From: an uncultured Candidatus Saccharibacteria bacterium
GTDB lineage: Bacteria > Patescibacteriota > Minisyncoccia > Phycocordibacterales > PALSA-1337
Direction: 5' to 3'
DNA: 64,000 bases
Assembly (NCBI GenBank): GCA_964470105.1
Contig: CAYXZI010000004.1
Location: 5,271 to 69,270 of the forward strand
Position 1 is the first letter of the stretch; each line of letters starts with the position of its first letter. Positions 9,484-20,309 of the stretch are shown here, one piece after another. The position numbers were made by a program, and so were the translations under genes. The notes below the pieces were generated by a model. That model did not search any database and was not told the DNA's origin. It saw only the letters and a program-made list of their open reading frames with translations.

Positions 9484-10876
9484 TTCCTTGTTGGTCAAAA
9501 TCACCGAAATCACTTTTATCAATATTCATAAATGATGTTTTCTTGTCGTCGAAGTATAGCTCTGCGTATCCAGTAGGTCCATTTCTGTGTTTTTCGATCA
9601 TAATTTTTGCTATGTTAGGCCTTGCTGATGCTGGGTCTTTGTTTAGCTTGTCCTCCCTGTGAATAAACATAACAACATCGGCATCCTGCTCGATAGATCC
9701 TGAATCTCGGAGGTCAGATAGTCTAGGTTCACCACCACGTTGCTCAACTGCACGTGACAACTGTGAAAGAGCAAGTACAGGTACTTCAAGTTCACGTGCC
9801 AATTGCTTTAGAGATCTAGATATTTCTGTAACTTGTTGAACAACATTATCTGAGTTTCTACTCTGCGTTGGTACCATGAGTTGAAGGTAGTCCACAACAA
9901 TTAGTCCTAATCCTTTCTCACTCTTAAGTCTTCTTGCGACTGCACGCATCTTAAGGATATTGTTTGCTGGCTGATCATCGATATATATAGGGGCAGTCGA
10001 AAGTCGATCCATTGCATCACGAATAGCTTTGAAATCATTCTCTACATTTAAATTTTGTCCAGTACGTATCTTCCAAGAATCAACCTGTGATTCTGCAGCA
10101 AGCATACGATCTACCAGTTGTTGGGAACTCATTTCAAGAGAAAATATACCAACTGGTACTTTGTGTTTGATAGCAGCCATACGTGCTATATCAAGAGCAA
10201 GAGACGTTTTACCCATCGAAGGTCGAGCTGCGAGTATGATCAAATCAGATTTTTGTAACCCTGCTAGTTTATTATCTATTGCTTGAAATCCTGTTGGTAT
10301 ACCTCTTAATTCATCCTTAGTCGCATGAAGTTTGTCGATTCTCTCCCAAGCCTCAACAAGTGTATCCTTTAGTGCAATGAACTTATGAGTACCTGTGTAG
10401 TTTGTTACTTCAAATATCTTTTTTTCAGCCTTATCCAATGTTTCTTCAATATCCATTTCCTCATCAAATCCAAGATTACCAACAAACTCTGATGCATTGA
10501 TTAAATCTCGCATTATATTTTTCTTCTGGACAATCTCCGCATAATGTTTTGCATTTGTTGAAGAGGGAACTCCATGAACTAGTTCTGTGAGATATGCCAT
10601 TCCGCCAGCTTGATCAAGTATTTCTCTATCTTTCAATCGTGCTGAAAGAGAAAGGATATCTATTGGTGTACTTTTGCTAAATAGCTCCATCATTGTTGAC
10701 CATATCATCTTGTGGCGGTCGGAATAGAAGGCTTTTTCATTTATGATATCGGTAATGTCGTGCATTACTTCAGGTCGGATCATAATTGAGCCAAGCAAAG
10801 CTTTTTCTGCTTCTAGTGATTGAGGAGGGATTCTAAGATCCTTAGATTTAAAGTATGGTGATGATGTTGGATTCAT
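9467..10876 (-). CDS. dnaB: Replicative DNA helicase DnaB
   Basis: PPQSLEAE, AARPSMGKT, VDYLQL, LSQLSR, DLRDSGSIEQDAD, KHRNGP. Start position approximate. Confidence 0.97.
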   Translation of the reverse strand: MNPTSSPYFKSKDLRIPPQSLEAEKALLGSIMIRPEVMHDITDIINEKAFYSDRHKMIWSTMMELFSKSTPIDILSLSARLKDREILDQAGGMAYLTELVHGVPSSTNAKHYAEIVQKKNIMRDLINASEFVGNLGFDEEMDIEETLDKAEKKIFEVTNYTGTHKFIALKDTLVEAWERIDKLHATKDELRGIPTGFQAIDNKLAGLQKSDLIILAARPSMGKTSLALDIARMAAIKHKVPVGIFSLEMSSQQLVDRMLAAESQVDSWKIRTGQNLNVENDFKAIRDAMDRLSTAPIYIDDQPANNILKMRAVARRLKSEKGLGLIVVDYLQLMVPTQSRNSDNVVQQVTEISRSLKQLARELEVPVLALSQLSRAVEQRGGEPRLSDLRDSGSIEQDADVVMFIHREDKLNKDPASARPNIAKIMIEKHRNGPTGYAELYFDDKKTSFMNIDKSDFGDFDQQGNGSDF

Positions 10877-11029
10877 ATTTGTATGCATATTGTAGCATAG
10901 CAAACAAAATATGTTTTATCTCTAAAATTGAATATCGGGTTGATAAGGTGTTGATAGTATTTTCTGACATGAATTATCATTGTATGCAATATTGATGTTG
11001 TTAAACATTTGCAATATAATGCCGCTAAT

Positions 11030-12433
11030 ATGAAAAAATACCTTTCTGACTTAGAAAAGCTTGTTCTATTATCAATAATTGCACTTATAGTGGTTGTTTT
11101 TCCAGTTAAAATGGTTAGTGCTAGTGGCTCCCTAGCTGTTACTGGTGTTAGTTCAGTTAAAGTGACCGGTATTGCAAATAATACATACAGTGATGGTTGG
11201 AAGTGGATTTTTCACATAACGCTTCCTAGTGATGAGAATCTAGTCAGGATGAGATTTAGTGACTTTTCTAACGGTTCTCAAATAATCCCAGCTAACAATA
11301 TTAGACTATATTCAGCACAGTCGGTTAATTCAAGTAATGAAGCAACTGCTGTACAAATTTCTGCTGCTGATACATATAGCGATCAAATCAATATTAATTC
11401 AGTACTCGATCTCGACCCTCTTACCGATGGAATACAAATTGATATGAATGTTGATTCGAGAATCCCATTTGGAATAGTGGGTACAGGATATAATACTAGC
11501 TACGATATCACCTCCGAGGCTCCAGAGGTTACGACTCCCGATCAAACTCCTGATGCAGAGGTATATGCTACGACTACTAAGATTACATCCGGACTATGTT
11601 TGTCTCTCGACGTTCCAAAAGGGTTGCAGATGAGAGTTGCAGTATCAGACGGAACTGTTATTTTTGGTACAAGTACACGTGCATACCCAGCCTTTACAGT
11701 GTCTTCTCCCTCAGATCAAACTCTTGCAACATACGGTCACGATTGGTACTTGAGTATAGGGGTATTTCCAGTACTACAGCTAAATACATATTCATTACTC
11801 ACTTATGATGAAGCTCAAGATCCATTTATGGTTGGTTCATCAACTATTTTGGGTAGAATTAAATTTGATAATGTTGGTAATATTACGTACTTGGAGTCTG
11901 TAAATCCTAATTGTCCACAGGTTGAGGTTCCACTAGTTGAAAAACCAATAATCAATTCAAGTGCACCTATAGACGTAACTCAGACAGCTGGTACGCAGTT
12001 TTCAGATCCACTTGCCACCGCTTGGGATTCAGTCGATGGTGACATAACCGAGAAACTTGTTTATTCAAATAATATTCAAATCTGGAACGAAGGTGACTAC
12101 AGAGTAGATGTAAATGTGGTTAATTCAAGAGGATATAGGGCAGACCCGTTTACTCAGTATTTACATCTACTACCAATAACACCAGAGGCGGAGGCTAGAA
12201 AAGTCCTGAATAATACTATCGTTTCAATAGTTGCCTCCATAGACGCTAGTATATTTAAAGTTGGAGATAATCCTGGTGAGTATCCTCAGCAGGCAATGGA
12301 TGATTTGTTGTCTGCAATATCAGATGCGACTAATATAAAAGATAATCCAAGTCTAACAGTTTCGGAATATGTTGAGGCGAATTCAAATTTAAATTTAGCA
12401 ATTGTTACATTTATGAGTAAACGAATAATATAA
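11030..12433 (+). CDS. Secreted/surface protein with DUF5011-like Ig domain and C-terminal FIVAR-like helical repeat
   Basis: Signal peptide; DP..TAWDSVDGDIT...GDY.V..NV.NS.G; VGDNPGEYPQQA...L..AI..A. Confidence 0.6.
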   Translation: MKKYLSDLEKLVLLSIIALIVVVFPVKMVSASGSLAVTGVSSVKVTGIANNTYSDGWKWIFHITLPSDENLVRMRFSDFSNGSQIIPANNIRLYSAQSVNSSNEATAVQISAADTYSDQININSVLDLDPLTDGIQIDMNVDSRIPFGIVGTGYNTSYDITSEAPEVTTPDQTPDAEVYATTTKITSGLCLSLDVPKGLQMRVAVSDGTVIFGTSTRAYPAFTVSSPSDQTLATYGHDWYLSIGVFPVLQLNTYSLLTYDEAQDPFMVGSSTILGRIKFDNVGNITYLESVNPNCPQVEVPLVEKPIINSSAPIDVTQTAGTQFSDPLATAWDSVDGDITEKLVYSNNIQIWNEGDYRVDVNVVNSRGYRADPFTQYLHLLPITPEAEARKVLNNTIVSIVASIDASIFKVGDNPGEYPQQAMDDLLSAISDATNIKDNPSLTVSEYVEANSNLNLAIVTFMSKRII

Positions 12434-12434
12434 A

Positions 12435-12971
12435 ATGAATACACATTTTTTTAAAAGAATATTCCTCTTTCTTGCTGTCCTTGCTGTAGCAAATTTACAC
12501 ACTACTCATGCTTCTAGTGTTTCAGGTAAATTGGATTCTACAGCTTCAATTGCGAGTCAGCAAGCAGTAACCACAGGGGATACGGATCAATCAAGTAAAA
12601 CAACATCGTCAGGTAGTAAATCTAGTAGCTCAGGTAAGGTAAATAAAACCGAGAGTCAAAATGTTATTTATTCAAATCTTGAACAAACAAATTTCTCAAC
12701 AAATACAGAGAACCCAGATCGTAATTCGCCTGAGATAATAGTTGAGGGGACTCAGGATAATGTTGGTGTTGAAGAGGGTTCTGTATCAAGTACAACAGAT
12801 CAGATTGTTGAAAGCGTGAAAGATGATCAGAATTCACAAACAGCTGCTGCTGTAAATTCATTAGATTGGCTAAATACCAATAATCTACTATGGATCCTAC
12901 TAATAATTCTAATCCTACTAGGAGTTTTCTTTATCTATTCGTACTTTAAAAGAGATAGGCGTGCCTACTAG
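12435..12971 (+). CDS. Ser/Thr-rich exported protein with C-terminal TM anchor
   Basis: Signal peptide, low-complexity middle, QTAAA then hydrophobic helix and basic tail. Confidence 0.65.
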   Translation: MNTHFFKRIFLFLAVLAVANLHTTHASSVSGKLDSTASIASQQAVTTGDTDQSSKTTSSGSKSSSSGKVNKTESQNVIYSNLEQTNFSTNTENPDRNSPEIIVEGTQDNVGVEEGSVSSTTDQIVESVKDDQNSQTAAAVNSLDWLNTNNLLWILLIILILLGVFFIYSYFKRDRRAY

Positions 12972-13081
12972 TTTTGTCTTGTTGATACTCTACGTTGTAA
13001 AGTTAATAGCTGAAGGTAAGCCTTCATAGCTATTTAAAACTGATATTATAGAAAAGGTTTTTTTGGGAAAACTTGAGTAGA

Positions 13082-14473
13082 TTATACTCTATTCAATTCG
13101 AAGCTATCACCAGTATCTTTGACTGTATATCCCCTAGACTCGATTTCCTTTCTTAAAGCATCAGCTTTGTCCCATTCCTTATTATTTCTTGCTTCATTTC
13201 TTGCTTCAGCCAATAGATTCACCTCTGCAGGCACGCTCTCTTTTTCATATGCCTTCATTTCCATAACTGCTTTTAAACCTAAGCCAAATATACTATCAAA
13301 ATCGAGAAGAATTTTAATCTTTTCCTTCGCCTCAACAGAATGATCCTTTATTAGTTCCCAGGCCAGAGCCAGAGCTTCTGGGGTATTGAAATCATCATTT
13401 ACTCTCTCGATAAACTCCTTTCTATAGTCTCTAGGATTAGCAGATGCATGTATATGTTCATACTCTACCTCACTTAATCTTACAAAAGTCTCTATGAATC
13501 TTATAAATGCTGTTTGTGCGGCTTTTACTGCATCAATTGTGAAGTTCACCTGTGACCTATAGTGAGATGTTAGAAGCCAATATCTAAAAGCGATAGGGGA
13601 TATGCCAGCTTCTTCCAGTTCAGCAAGTTTTAGGAAATTTCCTTTCGACTTTGCCATCTTATCGTCATTTACATTCATGAATGCGCAATGTATCCAGTAG
13701 TTAACAAAATGTTTACCAGTTGCTGCTTCAGATTGCGCGATTTCATTCGTATGATGTGGAAAGATTAGGTCTGTTCCGCCTGTATGAATATCAAAATTTG
13801 GTCCAAGAGCTTTTGTGGACATTGCTGAACACTCAATACTCCAACCTGGCCTTCCTTTACCAAATGGCGCATCATAGGATACCTCACCATCATTAGGTGT
13901 GTAAAACTTCCAGAGAGCAAAATCCCTAGGATTCTCTTTTTCGTATTCATCATTTGATATTCTCTCTCGAAGTTTAGATGAGTCAGTTGCTTCTATCTTT
14001 AATTTTGCTAACTTTCCATAGTCCTTAAACAAACCGATACTATAGTACACTCCATCCTTAGTTATATATGCAATTCCTTTTTCTAAAAGAATAGCGATCA
14101 TATCAGTCATTTCTTTAATATGATCTGTTGCTCTCAGGATTCTGTTTGGTGTAAGGATATTAAGTGAATGTAGGTCAGCAAGGAAGAGCGTTTCGTAATG
14201 ACGTGTTAGTTGTTCGAGACTCATCTTGTTCTCCTGACTTCTTCTAATAGTCTTGTCATCCACATCAGTTAAGTTCATTACATGCTTTACGAAATATCCA
14301 TTATATTCAAAAACCCTTCGAATGATGTCGTTTGATGTATATGTTCTTAAATTACCTATATGTGCCGTATCATAAACTGTTGGTCCACAACTATATATAC
14401 CCACTCTTTTCTCCTCAATAGGTTTAAACTCCTCTTTCTTACCACTCATTGTGTTGTATATATGTATAGACAT
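13082..14473 (-). CDS. cysS: Cysteine--tRNA ligase
   Basis: CGPTVY..AHIGN, GRPGWSIECS, FPHH.NE, KMAKS. Confidence 0.97.
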   Translation of the reverse strand: MSIHIYNTMSGKKEEFKPIEEKRVGIYSCGPTVYDTAHIGNLRTYTSNDIIRRVFEYNGYFVKHVMNLTDVDDKTIRRSQENKMSLEQLTRHYETLFLADLHSLNILTPNRILRATDHIKEMTDMIAILLEKGIAYITKDGVYYSIGLFKDYGKLAKLKIEATDSSKLRERISNDEYEKENPRDFALWKFYTPNDGEVSYDAPFGKGRPGWSIECSAMSTKALGPNFDIHTGGTDLIFPHHTNEIAQSEAATGKHFVNYWIHCAFMNVNDDKMAKSKGNFLKLAELEEAGISPIAFRYWLLTSHYRSQVNFTIDAVKAAQTAFIRFIETFVRLSEVEYEHIHASANPRDYRKEFIERVNDDFNTPEALALAWELIKDHSVEAKEKIKILLDFDSIFGLGLKAVMEMKAYEKESVPAEVNLLAEARNEARNNKEWDKADALRKEIESRGYTVKDTGDSFELNRV

Positions 14474-14532
14474 ATGTTGTAGTATAACCTTCGTATTGTA
14501 TGAAATCAAATTGTTTGAGATAATGCTTAAAC

Positions 14533-15747
14533 ATGAACAAAGATAATATATCTAGAATAACATACACCATTTCAGGTCTAGTAATTGCTTCAATTATCTT
14601 TTCTATCGGTAGTCTATACGGAGAGGGCAGAGGAAGAGAGAAGGCTTTAGAAAGCATAGCACCTGAAGGAATTAAAGTGACAAATGCGCAGTTAGCTCCT
14701 TTTTGGAAAGTTTGGGGAATATTAAGTGAAAAATATGTTGAAGCGACAACAACTGATACACAGAAAAGAATCTGGAGCTCAATTGAAGGTCTAGCTCAGT
14801 CTCAAGGTGATCCATACACGGTATTCTTTCCACCAACAGAGAGCAAGATGTTTAAGAGTGATATAACAGGTAACTTTGAAGGTGTTGGTATGGAAATTGC
14901 AATAAAAGACAAGATTTTAACAGTGGTTTCTCCGCTTAAGAATAGTCCGGCTGAAAAAGCTGGGGTCAAGGCAGGAGATAAGATTATTAAAATTGATGAC
15001 AAAGTTGTCTCTGATCTGCCAGTTGACGAAGCGGTAAAACTAATAAGAGGACCACAGGGTAGTAAGGTTAGAATAGTTTTTCTAAGAGAAGGGCAGTCAG
15101 AACCACTGGAGAAATCAATTACTCGAGGTGTTATTGATATTCCTACTATTGAAACTGAGATAAAAGATAATATTTTTATCATCCGCCTATTTAGCTTCAC
15201 AAGCCAATCACCGGACCTGTTCAGAGAATCTCTACGTTCATTCCTTAAATCTGGTAAAAATAGACTAATAATAGATCTTAGAGGTAATCCTGGTGGATAT
15301 TTAGACGCTGCTTGGGATATAGCAAGTTGGTTCTTGCCCGCTGGGAAAGTGATAGTTACTGAAGATTTTGGTGGTAAAAATGAAAATAAAGTGCTCAGAA
15401 GTAAAGGATATGATGTATTGAACAAGTATTTTGGATCAAACTATAAAATAGTAGTCCTAGTTAACGGTGGTTCAGCATCAGCTGCTGAGATTCTCGCTGG
15501 GGCATTACAAGAGCAGGGTGTGGCAAAATTAGTAGGACAAAAGACTTTTGGCAAAGGATCAGTTCAGGAACTTGTAGAAATTACCCCTGAGACATCTCTT
15601 AAGGTGACGATAGCACGATGGTTGACCCCAAGTGGACACAATCTATCACATGATGGATTAAATCCTGACTATGTTGTCGCTGGTACCGCTAAAGATAGTG
15701 GTACTGATCCACAATTAGATAAGGCAGTTGAAATTTTAAGTAAATAA
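14533..15747 (+). CDS. S41 carboxy-terminal processing protease with PDZ domain
   Basis: DLRGNPGG, SASAAEI, TFGKGSVQ. Confidence 0.93.
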   Translation: MNKDNISRITYTISGLVIASIIFSIGSLYGEGRGREKALESIAPEGIKVTNAQLAPFWKVWGILSEKYVEATTTDTQKRIWSSIEGLAQSQGDPYTVFFPPTESKMFKSDITGNFEGVGMEIAIKDKILTVVSPLKNSPAEKAGVKAGDKIIKIDDKVVSDLPVDEAVKLIRGPQGSKVRIVFLREGQSEPLEKSITRGVIDIPTIETEIKDNIFIIRLFSFTSQSPDLFRESLRSFLKSGKNRLIIDLRGNPGGYLDAAWDIASWFLPAGKVIVTEDFGGKNENKVLRSKGYDVLNKYFGSNYKIVVLVNGGSASAAEILAGALQEQGVAKLVGQKTFGKGSVQELVEITPETSLKVTIARWLTPSGHNLSHDGLNPDYVVAGTAKDSGTDPQLDKAVEILSK

Positions 15748-15761
15748 GCTAATATACAACT

Positions 15762-16205
15762 ATGAAAATAATATTATTGAAAGATATAGCTAAGGTTGGA
15801 AAGAAATATGATGTTAAGGATATTAGTGAGGGATATGCACAGAATATGCTCATCCCTAAAGGTTTGGCTATCGCTGCAACCAAAGATGTTCTAAAGAGAA
15901 TAGAGCTTGAGAAAGCGCGTGACGAGGGTGAAAAGAAGTTGAAAGAAGAACTTCTTCTTAACAACCTTAAGGAATTGGACGGTAAGACTATTACAATGAT
16001 AGAAAAGGCCAATGACAAAGGTCATCTATTTGCAGGTATACATAAACCAGAAATTATTCCAGCTATACAGTCACAGACAAGACTACAGATCGATGCTGAA
16101 CATATGGTATTAGATAAACCTATCAAGGAGATCGGGAATCATCAAATAGAAGTTAGGGTAGGGAATAAGAGTATTAAGTTTAACCTCGAGGTTAAGTCTA
16201 AATAG
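15762..16205 (+). CDS. rplI: 50S ribosomal protein L9
   Basis: MKIILLKD...G......GYAQN.LIP.G.A and G.LF. Confidence 0.95.
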   Translation: MKIILLKDIAKVGKKYDVKDISEGYAQNMLIPKGLAIAATKDVLKRIELEKARDEGEKKLKEELLLNNLKELDGKTITMIEKANDKGHLFAGIHKPEIIPAIQSQTRLQIDAEHMVLDKPIKEIGNHQIEVRVGNKSIKFNLEVKSK

Positions 16206-16233
16206 AATAAAATCTTATAGAGAGATAAAAAGA

Positions 16234-16506
16234 CTAGACGATATTTACTATCTTCTTTCTTTTTATTGTATTATCAAAATGAGTCTTTCTCTTTGTTCCG
16301 AACTCAACCTTACCCTCCTTTAGAGCGAAAAGAGTGTGATCCTTACCCATACCAATGTTTCTACCTGGTATTACCTCTGTACCTCTCTGTCGAACGATAA
16401 TAGAGCCAATAGCCACAGTTTCCCCGTGATTTACCTTAACTCCTAAATATTTAGGATTCGAATCCCTTCCGTTAGCGGTCGATCCACCTGATTTTTTGGT
16501 TGCCAT
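16234..16506 (-). CDS. rpmA: 50S ribosomal protein L27
   Basis: [20 protein letters not shown] and IIVRQRG. Confidence 0.97.
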   Translation of the reverse strand: MATKKSGGSTANGRDSNPKYLGVKVNHGETVAIGSIIVRQRGTEVIPGRNIGMGKDHTLFALKEGKVEFGTKRKTHFDNTIKRKKIVNIV

Positions 16507-16653
16507 AGTTCAAACAGTATATACCAATATACCCATATAATGCAAGCTTTTAGGGGGACATATTAGCTATTGACATTTTAGCCTAAAGGTGCTACTATTA
16601 TGTCATTAGCGAGGTAAGTTGATTATATCAATACAGCCTCGCTTTAAAATTAT

Positions 16654-17109
16654 ATGATTGAACTTACAACCGGAATAGCATTTCTTTTGTCATCAATGTA
16701 CGGAGCGGGTAATGCCTCTATTGATGCTGTGGATGTTCAACCATTAACAGCTAATTCAGTAGGTAATGCACCAGCCGTAATATCAACAATTAATAGACAG
16801 TTACTTGAAAAATACCTAAGAGAGAATTTTGCAGATACTCCAATTCTAGTTGAGATTGCAAGATGTGAATCAGAGTTTAGACAGTTCGACAAGAATGGTA
16901 AGGTGGTTCGTGGAAGAGTGGATAATGCCGATGTAGGTGTTATGCAAATCAATGAAAGATATCACCTTGAGAACTCTAAGAAGCTTGGTTTCGATATACA
17001 TACTGTAGAGGGTAACGTAGGATACGCTAAGTACCTTTACAAGAAGTATGGTTCAGAACCATGGAATGCTTCATCTCCTTGTTGGAGTAAGACTGTAGCA
17101 ATGAAATAA
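16654..17109 (+). CDS. Exported lytic transglycosylase-like (lysozyme fold) protein
   Basis: IA.CES, D.GVMQIN, N..YA..LY...G..PW..S..CW. Promoter TTGACA-N17-TACTAT; terminator 17114-17148. Confidence 0.75.
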   Translation: MIELTTGIAFLLSSMYGAGNASIDAVDVQPLTANSVGNAPAVISTINRQLLEKYLRENFADTPILVEIARCESEFRQFDKNGKVVRGRVDNADVGVMQINERYHLENSKKLGFDIHTVEGNVGYAKYLYKKYGSEPWNASSPCWSKTVAMK

Positions 17110-17165
17110 TATTAAACAAAAGACTCGTCGAAAGACGAGTTTTTGTTTGTGGTACAATAACTATT

Positions 17166-17501
17166 ATGAAAATTCCTAACAAAGTTCCAGAAAAAGGGTA
17201 TTACTACCACTACAAGCATGATCCTAAAGGTGAAATTAACAACTATGCATATGAAGTTGTTGGTGTTGGTGTGCATACAGAAGATGATTGTAGACCAGAA
17301 GATGCCAATATGGTTGTATACAGACCAATATACGAATCATCAGTATACAAGGCTGGTAAGCTATTTGATCTTAGACCTCTAGATATGTGGATGGGGAGTA
17401 TAGACAAGGAGGGAAAGACTATTTCCAGATTTTCTAAAATTACTGATGAATCGGTAATCAAAAAACTGACTGAGATCAGAGATTTGATGTATGTAAATTA
17501 A
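17166..17501 (+). CDS. DUF1653-family protein
   Basis: G.Y.HYK...Y.V.G...HTE...VVYR..Y...RP..M....RF pattern. Confidence 0.8.
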   Translation: MKIPNKVPEKGYYYHYKHDPKGEINNYAYEVVGVGVHTEDDCRPEDANMVVYRPIYESSVYKAGKLFDLRPLDMWMGSIDKEGKTISRFSKITDESVIKKLTEIRDLMYVN

Positions 17502-17552
17502 AGAGTCCTCCCCGTGGTGGGGAGGAGCTCGTGAAGGGTTACTTCAAGGCGA

Positions 17553-17705
17553 TCAGTCGCCTTCGTGGGGAGGAGGCCTTCTTTCCGAAGGCTCCTTAGT
17601 CTGCTTCTTGGGAACACCTCCGTTTTCGGAGTCCCCGTGCGGTGTTTTTGCGAGGAGAGCGTCACCGATCTCCTGTGCCGATGCCTCAATACTTGATGTG
17701 CTCAT
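17553..17705 (-). CDS. 50-aa orphan cassette protein MSTSSIEASA...RRPPPHEGD (not in ORF track)
   Basis: TTGCTT-N16-TATAAT 8 nt before ATG; GC-rich; hairpin TCCTCCCC/GGGGAGGA at ~17506-17526. Confidence 0.5.
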   Translation of the reverse strand: MSTSSIEASAQEIGDALLAKTPHGDSENGGVPKKQTKEPSERRPPPHEGD

Positions 17706-17813
17706 CGTAGAATATTATATTCCAATAATTATTTTAAGCAAGCGATAATCAGATTATCATATGTTGATATGTATATTTACAAAGTCATATATTAGTGTTA
17801 TAGTCACAAATGT

Positions 17814-18390
17814 ATGAATCTTGTAATTACAGTTAGATATGGTTTAGAACTACGACGCCGATCGGAGTACGATGCTGAGGCGGTCTTCCAGGTTTATCGA
17901 TAAGAACAGAAACTACCTGAAGCAATGGTTACCCTGGCTCGATGATAGCAAGACAGTTGATGATATTCGAAAGTACATACGAAGTGATGCGGTGGAATTT
18001 GAAAAAAAGGAGGGTTGTGATTTCGGAATCTGGTATGAGGGTCAATGGATTGGGGGAATTGGTCTCAGTTCGTTCGGTACCAAAGACAGAAAAACATCAA
18101 TTGGATACTGGTTATCTGAGGACTTTCAAGGTAGGGGTATAATGACTGATTGTGTTCGTGCCCTTGTTAACTATTGCTTTGAGCATCTAAATCTCAATCG
18201 TATTGTGATACGTTGCGCAAGTGGAAATACCAAGAGCCGGGCTATTCCACAGCGACTCGGATTCAAAGAAGAAGGAGTACTTAGACAATCCGAATGGTTA
18301 TACGACCACTTTGTCGACCTTGTAATGTACGCCTTACTTAAGGAAGATTGGAGTAGAGACCCACAGGTCTTCAAGATCAAAAAGTTATGA
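17814..18390 (+). pseudogene. RimJ/RimL-type GNAT acetyltransferase split by a 1-nt insertion
   Basis: ATG17814 frame gives MNLVITVRYGLELR...DAEAVFQV then stops. IDKNRNYL..WLPW and IGYWL....QGRGIMT continue in the +1 frame after GGTTTATC (17891-17898). Confidence 0.7.
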
Positions 18391-18731
18391 CATCAGAAAC
18401 GCTATATGAGGACGCGCGGTGAACCTCAACCCAGACAATTCGGTCTGGGTTTCATTGTTTATTTTTTTCTATAAGCATGGTTAGGGTAGGGGAATTTGAC
18501 CCAAGCTTTGACATGGTCTTCCCCGATGTAGTTTTTTGAACAGATAGCATGTGCAGGGTAGAGAATAATTATATTTTATTTATGGGTACGTAATAAAAAT
18601 TGGTAATTAATATTAATTAATCTGATTATTTTGTGTACATCAGGTGCTGATGGGTGATAGGTTTTCACACCCATTCTCCTCTATATACAACGTCGCACAA
18701 TATATCTTTTACGCACTAGTATAGAGAGAAA

Positions 18732-19013
18732 TTAGGCCAAGAAAAAAGCGTCTTGTTGTCTGACGCTTGTTTCCCCTTTCACTTTTTTATCTAAAATCTT
18801 TATCGACGGTTCCCAGATATATTTTATGAATACTTCACTCCATAAAAACTTTGCTGGCTCCTTTAAATATTTTTGCCAAACAAAAACTGTCACATCCTTG
18901 GCGTATTCCAGGTTAGATTGAGCTACTGGTGAATGCACGGACTTTTTAATGTCAAAACCGAGGTTACCTAATATAATAAGTGCGATGATTGATATAACTA
19001 TCCATTTAATCAT
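18732..19013 (-). CDS. Small hypothetical membrane protein
   Basis: N-terminal hydrophobic helix; -10-like TATAAT shortly before ATG. Confidence 0.65.
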   Translation of the reverse strand: MIKWIVISIIALIILGNLGFDIKKSVHSPVAQSNLEYAKDVTVFVWQKYLKEPAKFLWSEVFIKYIWEPSIKILDKKVKGETSVRQQDAFFLA

Positions 19014-19043
19014 GTGTTGTATTATATCACCTCTAAATTGATT

Positions 19044-20309
19044 TTAAAGGTAAGAAAGTGGATTAAGATGCGCAGAAGGATCCGCAAGAGGATACAATAC
19101 GTACCCGCACGATGTTTGGACAGATTTGATTTGTACCCCCTGAGTCGCATATAAACCAAAGTGTAGATGAGGTCCAGTAGTAAGACCTGTGTTCCCGCTA
19201 TAGCCTATTAAACCACCGGTTTCCACCTTTTGGCCCAGTATTACTGTTGGTAATGACAGGTGGCCGTACAATGAGGATAGGCCGTTATTATGTTTTATCA
19301 TGACCCACTTACCATATGCACATGGTATATTACCAAAACCGACAATTTCTCCAGCAAGTGCTGCTGTAACCGGAGTACCCACTGTCGCAGCGAAGTCTAG
19401 ACCATAATGCTGACCTGACTTGTAATACTTGAGGCTAGACTTACCGAAATACTGAGTAATTCTAACGCATGTTGTCGGCGAAAAAACACAATTATTGTGT
19501 AATGGCCATTTTAATATGGAACCACTCTTAGGTACGCTATTTGGATCAATAACTAATTTAAGTGATGATTCGAGCTCATTTATTTCCCTCTCGAAAGCCT
19601 CTTTTTGCAATTCCCTCTGCTTAAGCAGTCGAGAATAATTTGCTTCAGAATTTTTAGTCTCATTCAGTAACTCTTTCTTTTCCTTAACTGTACTGGCAAT
19701 TATATTTGCCTGATTCTTAAGATCGTTTGTAAGTACCATCAATTCGGCCTTCTTTTTTTCAGTTAATTTTTTATTTTCCTCAAGATTAATCTTTAGACTC
19801 TCTAAGTCCTTAATTTTATCCTGCATTTTACCTTGTAATACAACAAGCTCATCTGCAGTACGCCACATTTGTGAGAATGATTTTTGTCCCAATATACTTT
19901 CTACAACAGACACTGAATTCATTGTATATATATCAGTGATAGCTTTAGTTATGACTCTTTTTCCATCACTTATTCTATCTCCCTTATCACCAATCTGAAG
20001 ATTTAATTCTTTAATCTCCAGATTTTTAGACGCTATTTTATTCTCTGTTATCTTTGTGTCTGCTTCCAATTTCTTCTTAGAGATGTCCAGAGACTTAATT
20101 GTATTACTTAATGAATCTTTTTCTTTACCCAAAGCATCAATATCTGTTTGATATTGTCTAATTTCAGATTCTAATTTACTTATTGCATCATTCCTATCAT
20201 TAATCTTGTCTTTTATCTCTTCTACAGTTTCAGCTTTTACAGTTTGGGTTAATATGAAGGAAAATACAATAAAAAGTATGGTTATTTTTTTATATTTTAT
20301 CATATGCAA
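19044..20309 (-). CDS. Coiled-coil M23 peptidase (murein hydrolase)
   Basis: Signal peptide, long coiled coil, HYGLD, YGHL, TGPHLHF. Confidence 0.9.
   Translation of the reverse strand: MHMIKYKKITILFIVFSFILTQTVKAETVEEIKDKINDRNDAISKLESEIRQYQTDIDALGKEKDSLSNTIKSLDISKKKLEADTKITENKIASKNLEIKELNLQIGDKGDRISDGKRVITKAITDIYTMNSVSVVESILGQKSFSQMWRTADELVVLQGKMQDKIKDLESLKINLEENKKLTEKKKAELMVLTNDLKNQANIIASTVKEKKELLNETKNSEANYSRLLKQRELQKEAFEREINELESSLKLVIDPNSVPKSGSILKWPLHNNCVFSPTTCVRITQYFGKSSLKYYKSGQHYGLDFAATVGTPVTAALAGEIVGFGNIPCAYGKWVMIKHNNGLSSLYGHLSLPTVILGQKVETGGLIGYSGNTGLTTGPHLHFGLYATQGVQIKSVQTSCGYVLYPLADPSAHLNPLSYL

Noticed and set aside
14802-15425. Long antisense ORFs (also 33488-34009, 38927-39415, 44337-44828, 3033-3368)
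   Set aside because: Shadows of well-supported genes on the opposite strand, with no independent signals.
17498-17689. 63-aa TTG-start frame in the ORF track
   Set aside because: It reads through the terminator. The ATG at 17705, in another frame, sits at leaderless distance from TATAAT.
610-17705. Three orphan frames of exactly 50 aa (610, 941, 17705)
   Set aside because: No sequence similarity between them and one may be non-coding; treated as coincidence.
18460-18731. Possible ncRNA in a 270-bp gap
   Set aside because: Only scattered weak stems and no clear promoter-terminator unit.
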